A stretch of DNA of 64,000 nt, taken from assembly GCA_964016885.1 (NCBI GenBank), contig OZ024740.1, positions 306,652,001 to 306,716,000 of the forward strand, in the 5' to 3' direction. The position numbers were made by a program, and so were the translations under genes. The notes under the pieces are model-generated. The model saw only the letters and a program-made list of their open reading frames with translations, did not search any database and had not been told where the DNA came from. Below are positions 1 to 8,719 of this stretch, piece after piece. Positions within the stretch are counted from its first letter, which is position 1; each line of letters opens with the position of its first letter. The stretch comes from Eledone cirrhosa. Lineage: Eukaryota.

Positions 1-9
1 TGTGTATAT

Positions 10-85
<76 letters not shown>

Positions 86-100
86 ACACACACACACACA
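1..100. repeat. (CA)n microsatellite
   Basis: Near-pure CA run. Confidence 0.95.
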
Positions 101-227
101 TTTGATCATTGGTTTTCGGGATCAGGGTTAACCTTGGACTAAACAACTTGAGAGAAGTAGAATAAATCTCCAAAATTCGAAAGCTCCTTTGAAAATAGAG
201 AATTTATACTGCAAATATAAAGATAAT

Positions 228-378
228 TGTTTCTACTTTTGGCACAAGGCCAGCAATTACCCAGTACATTACTGGTACTTTATTTTATCAACCCCGTAAG
301 GATGAAAGGCAAAGTTAACCTCGGTGGGATTTGAACTCAGAATGGCAAGGGCAGTAACTCTATGCGTCAAAGCATGGC
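228..378 (-). mobile_element. 5'-truncated tRNA-derived SINE (family A) with 9-bp TSD
   Basis: Homologous to the 10140-10323 copy (B box GAGTTCAAATCC, GCCTTTCATCCTTACGGGGT core on - strand). Flanked by AAAGATAAT at 219-227 and 379-387. Confidence 0.9.
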
Positions 379-587
379 AAAGATAATGCTTGGATATGGG
401 ACAGATCAGAATTCAGAGAAAATAACCTTGTTCAAAATAATACTATTAACAGGGGTACAAACGTAAGGAAGCTCTGCACTGCTGCTTGACTTACTAGTAA
501 TAGCTGCCAAACCCCACCCTACTGGATTAAAAAAAGCAAGACACACAGGATAATATAGTTCTACAACACTGTATCCGAAAGAATTGA

Positions 588-780
588 CGGGGCGATCACG
601 ACTGGAACGGCTAAAATAACAATCTGCTCGATCAGATCTGACCTGGACTAAAGAACAACAACAACAACAACTAGTACAGGAATAATTTTCTGTATACACT
701 ACATCCGAAAAGCGAAGGGATGGTCACGGCTGAAACACCTATGATTATAAGTCTACTTGATCATGTCTGACCTGACAACT
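588..780 (+). mobile_element. Two degenerate 3' ends of a SINE/LINE with (AAC)n tail; a third at ~101-148
   Basis: Recurrent ...GATCAG(A)TCTGACCTGGACTAAA(AAC)n-like motif at ~628-670, ~758-779 and ~120-148. Confidence 0.5.
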
Positions 781-919
781 ATTTGTCGATGAAGTCTTGA
801 TATATGTCAGCAGACATAGCAAGGAAAATCAAAGATTGTGCACTTGAAATAGATGAGTCAGCGATCGGTACGAGAGGAAAAGCTATAAAAATATTGCAAC
901 ACAATCGATATATTAAAAT

Positions 920-1015
920 GATTTTCTATATTGGCAAACAGCTACAAATTTAAAGAGGACGAATAAAGTCTATTAAATCGACACGAGTGCGTCACTGGTA
1001 TTTTTTACCGACTCT
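920..1015 (-). mobile_element. Old degenerate SINE 3' fragment
   Basis: TTTCTATATTGGC...AATCGAC...CACTGGTATTTTTT resembles the reverse complement of the family-A 3' half. Confidence 0.4.
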
Positions 1016-1251
1016 AGCGGGTTTAAAGCTTTTTTGTTTTTGTTTTTTCATTGCTTAGCCGGGAGTGGAAGGACAGTGTCCATAACTATTTGAGGGCCTA
1101 CGAGACTCTTGTAAAGGAGAGAGAGAAAAAGGTATGTTCCAACCGAGGGGCTGGCCTGGGTGCTTGCAACTGTCTAGGCTCCGCTAAAGTGTCACTACAT
1201 TAATTATTTGTAAGCTGTTGAATTGTCGAGAAAATCAAGAATGTGTATAAT

Positions 1252-1433
1252 CAAACCTGTCAACTCTCCACGTCCGACGAGATCTCTTTGGGGTGGGTGA
1301 AAGGTGTCTTCTCTTGTGAAAATGGGTATAGCTTTCATTATGTATAATCTCCCCATTTTGCTTCATTTCTCCCCGTTTTGGGGCACTTTTTTTATGGGAC
1401 TCTCCGTTTGGGTTTTTAGAGGTTGGCAGGTCT
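1252..1433 (-). mobile_element. ~185-bp MITE (family M1), copy 1
   Basis: Ends CAAACCTGTCAAC...GTTGGCAGGTCT. Body is the reverse complement of the copies at 2477 and 4037. Confidence 0.8.
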
Positions 1434-1585
1434 CGTAAAATTAATTTTCCATGGTTGATTGGTTTATATCAGAATGTGACTGAATTTCAATCACGTAGAT
1501 AAGGAATTAACTGAAATGTGAAACGATGGCAATCTGAATTTAAAGTATAGAAAAGAACCGCGTATGGCGTAAGATCAAGAGCGCA

Positions 1586-2005
1586 CGAGGTGCACTCACG
1601 AGGTTTTAAGACTTTTTCTTTTCAGACACTTTAATTGACTTACGTAATTGTCACTTTAATACATCCTTGATATGGTTATAAGAGTTAACATGCCAAATCT
1701 GTTTTTTTTTTCAGGCTGAAGGTTCGAACCGCTACAGCACTTTAAACACTACCCGTCATACACGTCTTGTCACAGCTGACTGGTTCCACAGAGGATGTGG
1801 AGAAGATGAAGAAGGCTGTGACATGCTTCCTGGACAACTTCACTTTGGAGAACTACAAGGGCGCCTTCTATAAGTGGCTGGAGCACTACAACAAGTGCAT
1901 TGACGTTGGAGGATCCTACTTCGAGAAAGACTAGAGTTTTGTGTTGATCTCAGTTAGATAAACGTCTCTCTGATAAAAGTCTCAAAACCTCTAGAGTGTA
2001 CTCCG
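1586..2005 (+). mobile_element. Internally deleted mariner (Tc1/mariner) derivative
   Basis: Imperfect ~30-bp TIRs (CGAGGTGCACTCACGAGGTTTTAAGACTTTT / AAAAGTCTCAAAACCTCTAGAGTGTACTCCG), TA at the right end, and a transposase C-terminal remnant inside. Confidence 0.8.
1791..1934 (+). pseudogene. Mariner transposase C-terminal fragment
   Basis: Translates EDVEKMKKAVTCFLDNFTLENYKGAFYKWLEHYNKCIDVGGSYFEKD*, matching the mariner C-terminal pattern W..R..KCI...G.YFE. Confidence 0.8.
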
Positions 2006-2267
2006 TATATACTATATTGGGCGGATGCATGCGATAATTTTTATACAATTTGCAACACCTTACCTGCATACGTGAGAAACAAAATAAAAATTACGACGAA
2101 AGATGGCTATATACGATTGAGCAAGAAATTAAGTATATGTTTGTCAAATATTACTCTCAGTATTAAAAAGATATGTCACATTAAACCCAAACATTTCTTT
2201 AATTAAATTACGCCCCAAAAAGTTACTTTCTACTTTTATTTCTTTATCACCATCCTGTTTTGTAGTA

Positions 2268-2422
2268 TACTCTCGGGTCTCGAATAGAAGCCCCTCCCCA
2301 CGCTTATTAATTTTTTAGGATAGGCTGGGGGGTCTGAATATGTAAACTAAACCACTAATTCTGGTTTTTAAAAAAAGAATCAACGGAGACAACCTAGAAA
2401 AATTACCGACTCCCGCTTATTC
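2268..2422 (+). mobile_element. MITE family M2 fragment (TA-CTCTCGGGTC end)
   Basis: Starts TACTCTCGGGTCTCGAATA as at 3858 and 23399. Body matches 23971-24070. Confidence 0.7.
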
Positions 2423-2476
2423 TGTTGTCGTGTAACTTTATAGTGAGATAGAAGACAACACTTAATGACCACTTTA

Positions 2477-2665
2477 CAGACCTGCCAAACTCTAAAACCC
2501 CAAACGAGGAATACCATGAGAAAAAAGTACCTCAAAACGAGGAGAAATGAGGCAAAATGGGGAGATTTTACATAATGAAAACTATATCCATTTTCACAAG
2601 ACAAGACATCTCTCATCCACCCCAAAGTGGGTGGGAGATCTCCCTGTCCGACGGAGATCTCCCTG
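2477..2665 (+). mobile_element. MITE M1, copy 2
   Basis: CAGACCTGCCAAAC start; shares GGCAAAATGGGGAGATTTTACATAATGAAA with the other copies. Confidence 0.8.
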
Positions 2666-2969
2666 TTTGACTTTTTATGTAATAACCGACCTACTGTAGG
2701 TGACATCGTCAAATAGTTCAGTTTTCACTATGTGTACATGACAAAGCTAGGTTTACAAACAAAAAACAAAATGCTTAATGTGGCATGCGTTTCTGTAGAG
2801 CCCATCCTTCAAACTTCCACATATATGTACTGCATGCACCAAAACAACGATATGTGATACATTAACATATAAGGAGGGGGTGTGTGGCAGTACAACAGCT
2901 AGTGAGTGCAGTGTAGATAGAATCAGTGTCCTTTTCATAGTCTCCAGTGAACCAAGGTGAAATATAGAG

Positions 2970-2985
2970 AGGCATGGCTGGTTTT

Positions 2986-3027
<42 letters not shown>

Positions 3028-3330
3028 CGTGCGTGTGAGAATGTATGTGTGCTGGCGTGTGTATGTGTCTAGAAGATGCAGTATGGCTGGTTTCTCTCTC
3101 TTTGTCTCTCCTCCTCACCCTCTCTCTCTGCATCTCTCTGTGTGTGAATGTATATATGTGTGAGTGTGTGTGTAGAAGTTGCACTATAGCTGTCTTCTCT
3201 CTCTTTCTCTCTCTCTCTCCCGCTATCTCTTACTCTTTCTCTCTCTACGCGCATGTGTGTGTGCATTATGTGTGTGTGTTTGTGTGTGTATGTATGTGTG
3301 TGTTTGTGTGTGCGTGTAGAAGTTGCAGTG
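2970..3330. repeat. Compound CT/TA/GT microsatellite with recurring TAGAAG(T/A)TGCA...GCTG spacer
   Basis: Spacer motif recurs at ~2972, 3068, 3172 and 3316 between simple repeats. Confidence 0.7.
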
Positions 3331-3332
3331 AA

Positions 3333-3610
3333 GGCGCGTGACTTAGTGGTTAAGGTGTTCGGGTTGTTCGGATCGTGAGTTCATTTCCCGGCGAAGTGTT
3401 CTTAAGCAAGACACTTCATTCCAAGTTGCTGCAGGCCACTCAGATGAAAAAAAAATTAGTTGTATCTGTAATTTAAAGGAGCTAACCTTGTCACACCCTG
3501 TGTCACACTGAATCTCCCTGGAAACTACGTTAAGACTTCGTGTGACTGTGGAATACTCAACCACTTGCATGTTAATTTCATGACCAGGCTGAAGCCCTCG
3601 TCGCTGGAAC
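3333..3610 (+). mobile_element. tRNA-derived SINE (family B, CORE-like TTGAGCAAGACACTT domain)
   Basis: GGCGCGTGACTTAGTGGTTAAGG A-box-like head, degenerate B box, TTCTTAAGCAAGACACTT domain shared with the 12918 copy. Confidence 0.7.
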
Positions 3611-3629
3611 CTACATAGATCCAACACTT

Positions 3630-3738
3630 ACATACACATACACGCATGCACATTTACATACACATACACACACACACACACACTCATACATACACACACG
3701 CACACACGAACGCACGCATACACACACACATACACACA
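3630..3738. repeat. Degenerate (CA)n
   Basis: Direct observation. Confidence 0.9.
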
Positions 3739-3857
3739 GTAACATTATTATCATTAACAACTTCATAAAGGCGTGACAAGGGTTGATTTAAACTATCCAC
3801 ATTATATTGCCGGTGTTATTGTTTGGATTCTGAAGAGATTAAAATAGGGTCGACCTC

Positions 3858-3903
3858 TACTCTCGGGTCTCGAATAATTTCCCCCTCCCCTCCGCTTATT
3901 AAG
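3858..3903 (+). mobile_element. MITE M2 left-end fragment
   Basis: TACTCTCGGGTCTCGAATAA...CCGCTTATTAA as at 2268 and 23399. Confidence 0.6.
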
Positions 3904-4036
3904 GTTTCTCCAAATGAACTTCATTGACAAAAAATGAAGGCGCAAGCGTTCTCGTCTGGTTAGATATTGCATGTAGCAAAAGGACACTACGATGTAAACA
4001 TTCGCCATGTCTGTTCAACTGTTTTATAGATAGCTT

Positions 4037-4230
4037 CAGATCTGCCAACCTGTAAAAAGCCAAACGGGGTGTAGTACCATGAAAAAAAAAGTGCTCCAAA
4101 GCTGGGAGAAATTAGGCAAAATGGGGAGATTTTACATAATGAAAGCTATACCCATTTTCACAAGACATCTCCTACCCACTCCAAAGTGGATAGGAGATCT
4201 CCCCGTCGGACGGGATGAGTTGGCAAGTCT
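4037..4230 (+). mobile_element. MITE M1, copy 3 (both TIRs present)
   Basis: AGATCTGCCAAC ... GTTGGCAAGTCT terminal inverted repeats. Confidence 0.85.
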
Positions 4231-4749
4231 AGCTTTCAATCCATTTCTGTGTAAAATTGGACAGGTTTGTGTGTCAGCAGTTCCTATCTTTCTAGATGTC
4301 TAGAGTCAACCAGATCCCGAATATTATTACCGGTTCCAGCGCCGTAGTGTTTCCGAATAGAATACATATTGCTCTACCAAATTTGACCGAAACACAGTCC
4401 TCATTGACAAATTCTCACCAAAAGTTTTATATACCAAGTTATTTTCAGTCGGAACCATTCTGATATTTCAGCTCCAATTGCAATATTGAACTCCTACTGA
4501 AGCAGCCATAACAACAATACATTAACCAGGATCCGTCCAGGGTCCAAGCTGCAAACCCACCGACGTTTCCTAGTTAATTATTTCTTGTGTTACTAACTTA
4601 TATTTCCCCAGTTTTAAGCGGATTACTTTAATTTCCACGGAGCATCATACCAATCTCAGCAGTCTGCGAGGGCGTCCAAAACCCATAGGCGCTGCCTGTC
4701 CATCGCCACTTGTATACAATTTTCTGAGTGATATTCAGTAAATTGTGCT

Positions 4750-5019
4750 ATGTCGAAACCATTTAATGTGGGTGTCGAACTCTGCCAAGGGTGCGTACTC
4801 TCACCTCTCCTGTTCATAATCTTCATGAACAGTATTGATATGCGTAGCCGGGCTGGAAGTGGTATCAAGACTGGAAGGTGTAGGATCAGTCAGCTGGAAT
4901 TTGCAGACGACATGATACTACTTAACTCGTCAGAAGGTGATCCCTAACATTCACTTGATAGGTTTGATGCCGAGTGTTGCATGGCTAGAATGAAAATCAG
5001 TGCTGCGAAAACTGAGTCA
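4750..5019 (+). pseudogene. Non-LTR retrotransposon (RTE-like) reverse transcriptase fragment
   Basis: SKPFNVGVELCQGCVLSPLLF...QLEFADDMILL...*HSLDRFDAECCMARMKISAAKTES: RT motifs QG..LSP.LF and FADD, with an in-frame stop at 4945-4947. Confidence 0.9.
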
Positions 5020-5297
5020 ATAAAATAAAGTACCAGTAATGCACTGAGTAATTGCTGGCCTTGTGCCAAAAGTAGAAAGAATTATTATGAAATGGCATTA
5101 TGAAAGGCCGGTGGATTGACAGTAACGGATAAGGGCGCCATGCTTTGCATCAAAGAGTTACGGCTCTTTACGGTTTGAGTTCAAATCCCACCGAGATTTA
5201 CTTTGTCGTTTATCCTTACGGTGTCGATAAAATAAAGCATCAGTAATACACTGGAGTAATTGTTGGCCTTGTGCCAAAACTAGAAACAATTATTATG
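5020..5297 (+). mobile_element. SINE family A: a 3' fragment (5020-5088) followed by a full-length copy (5106-5297)
   Basis: GGCCGGTGGATTGACAGT head, GAGTTCAAATCC B box, GGCCTTGTGCCAAAA-TAGAAA(C)AATTATT tail occurring twice. Confidence 0.85.
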
Positions 5298-5463
5298 AAA
5301 TGGCATATGTTGCGACCATTACCGTTGTTTTTGTGGTCGCCGTCGTCATCGCCGTTATTGTTGTTGTTGTTGCTATTGATTATAATATATATTGGGTTTT
5401 ACTGTCAGTTTTATGATTTATGTTGGTTACAAAATGTTTGCAATCTTTCTGCTTTCTATTTTC

Positions 5464-5477
5464 TATATATATATATG

Positions 5478-5547
<70 letters not shown>

Positions 5548-5551
5548 AGTA

Positions 5552-5600
<49 letters not shown>

Positions 5601-5767
5601 AAGTATGAATTCCTACGTGTAAAAAAATACAATCCGCTTGGATTTTCCGTTTATTCTGGAGCATGAAACCGCGGTAAAGGCACATATAGTACGTACTGCG
5701 AATTTTTTAAAATTTATTTTAAAACTTTTTCTCTATTTGCTAGACCTTGATTTTATATATATAAGTA

Positions 5768-5825
<58 letters not shown>
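5464..5825. repeat. (TA)n tracts interrupted by a ~155-bp unique insert (5597-5753)
   Basis: TA runs either side, both containing an AAGTATGC interruption. Confidence 0.85.
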
Positions 5826-5831
<6 letters not shown>

Positions 5832-5955
5832 ACCTGGAGGTTATATCCGTAGTAAGTAGAGCACTCAGTCCGCAGCCATACACAGGTTGAATTGAAAATC
5901 CGCTAAGTGAAATGCACGTCCTCGAGGATGGTTTGCTAATTTGTTGTGGAACTAA

Positions 5956-5986
5956 CTCTCCCCCCCCCCTCTCTCTCTCACACTCA

Positions 5987-6046
<60 letters not shown>

Positions 6047-6080
6047 ATCTTTCTCTCTCTCTCTCTCTATATATATATAT
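5956..6080. repeat. (CT)n-(TA)n compound microsatellite
   Basis: Direct observation. Confidence 0.9.
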
Positions 6081-6157
6081 AAGTATTGAAGTTTCCGTTG
6101 AAAATTGAAAAAGTCATAGAAGTGAAGAGTGCTCTATGTAAGTTACAGAGCTAAATT

Positions 6158-6814
6158 TAATGTATAATAAACAATACAATATAATGTTTATATATTATTT
6201 CATTAATTTTTCATATTTTATATTTTTATATCTGTATCGACCTTCAGTCTGACACTACTTTGACTGATACACTCCCTTCGCTGTATATATCACATACATA
6301 TATGTGGTTGCGCGTGTGTGTATGTTTATACGCGTGCGTCCTTTCATCCTTGTATGTGTATATATTTCAATTCTTAGTCCCTGAGTCTGTATGTACGCTA
6401 ACTCTATTATCTTACTATTCCTTTTTCAACATATATTATATACGTATTTGTGGTCACACATACACTGATATGCTTGCCCTCATGTATGTACTTACGCACA
6501 CATTTTTTCACTATACACATGCATTTGTACATACACACATATGTACATTTGTAGGTGCATATACACACATTTATACACATCCTCTTACTATATTTCTTTA
6601 TTTTATTTTTATATATCTCTTGTATTATTAATTTTATTTATATATTTTTTTTTTGCCCGTTAAACTTTTGTCTTTCTTGAGGAGATTTTTCAAATATTTC
6701 ACTATGTTTTAAATTGCTTTGTCTGACGAACGAATGCGGACGTTTCTTGTATTCGTCTTATTCGGGAAACCTCTGGTAATGAGGTAATTATATTGTATTG
6801 TTTATTATACATTA
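6158..6814. repeat. 28-bp perfect inverted repeat (6158-6185 / 6787-6814)
   Basis: TAATGTATAATAAACAATACAATATAAT vs ATTATATTGTATTGTTTATTATACATTA. Confidence 0.9.
6715..6790 (+). ncRNA. Hammerhead ribozyme motif with defective/replaced stem I
   Basis: CUGACGA 6723-6729; stem II CGAAU/AUUCG; GAAA; stem III ACCUC/GAGGU; GUA triplet 6784-6786. The downstream sequence does not pair well with the 5' stem-I strand. Confidence 0.6.
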
Positions 6815-6815
6815 G

Positions 6816-6955
<140 letters not shown>

Positions 6956-7022
6956 AGTATATTTACCAACATATGCGTACACATGTACACTAATGCTAGC
7001 AAATACATAAGTTATGTCATAG

Positions 7023-7104
7023 ACTCCCTGATGACGTAATGAATTCTCGATAGTTACATTGCGTAACTATATTTATCCCATTACAGAAACTAATTAGTTG
7101 GAGT
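7023..7104 (+). ncRNA. Type I hammerhead ribozyme
   Basis: Stem I ACUCC/GGAGU; CUGAUGA 7028-7034; stem II GUAAUG/CAUUAC (C.A at base) with internal AUAGUUAC/GUAACUAU hairpin; GAAA 7086-7089; palindromic stem III CUAAUUAG; GUU cleavage after 7099. Confidence 0.8.
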
Positions 7105-7283
7105 GAAAATTTTAGTAAGTAAGTTGATTTTTAATTTTTAAAAATTTTCTTATTTTACGTCTTTCATATATATATATATATATATATGTTTATTATCTTA
7201 ATTCCACACGAGGTGTAACTAGCCTGCTTTTAAATTCCCTTTCTGGCACATTTTAGCAGTGATTTTTTGGTTATCGTGTTTGA

Positions 7284-7364
7284 GCTCTACCGATGAACGA
7301 CTCCAACCGTGACTAACTCCACTGAAAAGTTTCGTGAAATAGTCTTTTTAAGACTATATAGAGC
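7284..7364 (+). ncRNA. Type I hammerhead ribozyme with core variant CCGAUGA
   Basis: Stem I GCUCUA/UAGAGC; CCGAUGA 7290-7296; stem II ACGA/UCGU; GAAA 7336-7339; stem III UAGUCUU/AAGACUA; AUA cleavage after 7358. Confidence 0.7.
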
Positions 7365-7610
7365 ATTTGTAGATTTTTCCAATTTGAAGGATAAGTATTT
7401 ACCCTTAATTTTATTCTGAGTTAAGACTCCATTGTTTTTACCCTGGATTACACAAAATCTGTGGATAAAATTTCTGTCTTGACTTTTTTTTAATTGAGAT
7501 TGAATTATTTTCCCATATCTTACGTTAAATATTTTCCATCTTGACGTAATAGTCACTTATATATTATGAATTACTGTTGGCTTCTTGCTCACATTAATTT
7601 CTCTATTTTC

Positions 7611-7766
<156 letters not shown>

Positions 7767-7810
7767 TTATTTTTATTTTCGTTATCATTTACCTAAAATA
7801 TACAGGCTCA

Positions 7811-7853
<43 letters not shown>

Positions 7854-8550
7854 ATATATACATAATAGTTATTTAAATATGTCTAACAATAAATACTTCA
7901 TAAGATTTACATACTATATATGTTGACAATGAATATCTCCGGTAAAACTTACATTTTAGAAAATATTCGACAGTGTAAACTTTATTCTCCGCTGGCCAGC
8001 TAAATCCTTTAAAAGTTATCATCATAAAATTCTGAAGTTTAGAAATGTTAAAACACTTATTGAATTTACAAAACTAATAAATAACCTGCAATTTAAAAAT
8101 TAAAAAAACCCTAAAATCTTGACTCTTCACCCTAAAATAGCATAAATTAAATATTTTCAAACTTAACCGCTTAACTTTCGGAAACTCTCCTTCTACATAT
8201 ATTCCCTCTTTCTATATATATTACCTCAGCGGCTCTCATTGACCGCTTTCCCTGATAAATTGTACTATCATACATTTTAAAATCTCTATAACTGTTACAT
8301 TAAGCAACATTTTTCTTACTCACACATTCTCTATTGAATTTATTACGTTTTCGCATTTTCTCATTATTAGGGTATAAATGTTAAACTTTCTCTTAGGTTA
8401 ATCACTACCTTGATTAAATCTTAACCATTTAACATCTCAGGGTATGTCATATATCATTATATTTTGTCTGATGAGGACGTACTGTTGTACATCCGAAATA
8501 TGTATAATAAAATGTAATTGATAAAAAGAACATCTATTTTATTAATATTT
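7767..8550 (+). repeat. 5' pseudo-LTR of the PLE
   Basis: Near-identical to 12063-12832; only scattered substitutions and small indels visible. Confidence 0.93.
8456..8518 (+). ncRNA. Minimal type I hammerhead ribozyme in the 5' pLTR
   Basis: Stem I AUUAUAUUUUGU/AUAAAAUGUAAU; CUGAUGA 8468-8474; stem II GGACGUAC-UGUU-GUACAUCC; GAAA 8495-8498; short self-complementary stem III UAUGUA; AUA cleavage after 8506. Confidence 0.9.
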
Positions 8551-8719
8551 GTATTTTAATATTAATAACTCTGGAAAATTATTTTTTCATAGAGTGCTTC
8601 CAATCTACTGTAAAACTCATTCTTTGATATACTCATTGAATATTGTTTAACTCTTTAATATATACTGCTCCCTACTGGTAGAGCGCTTTTCTATACAATA
8701 GATTGCATATTCAATAAAT

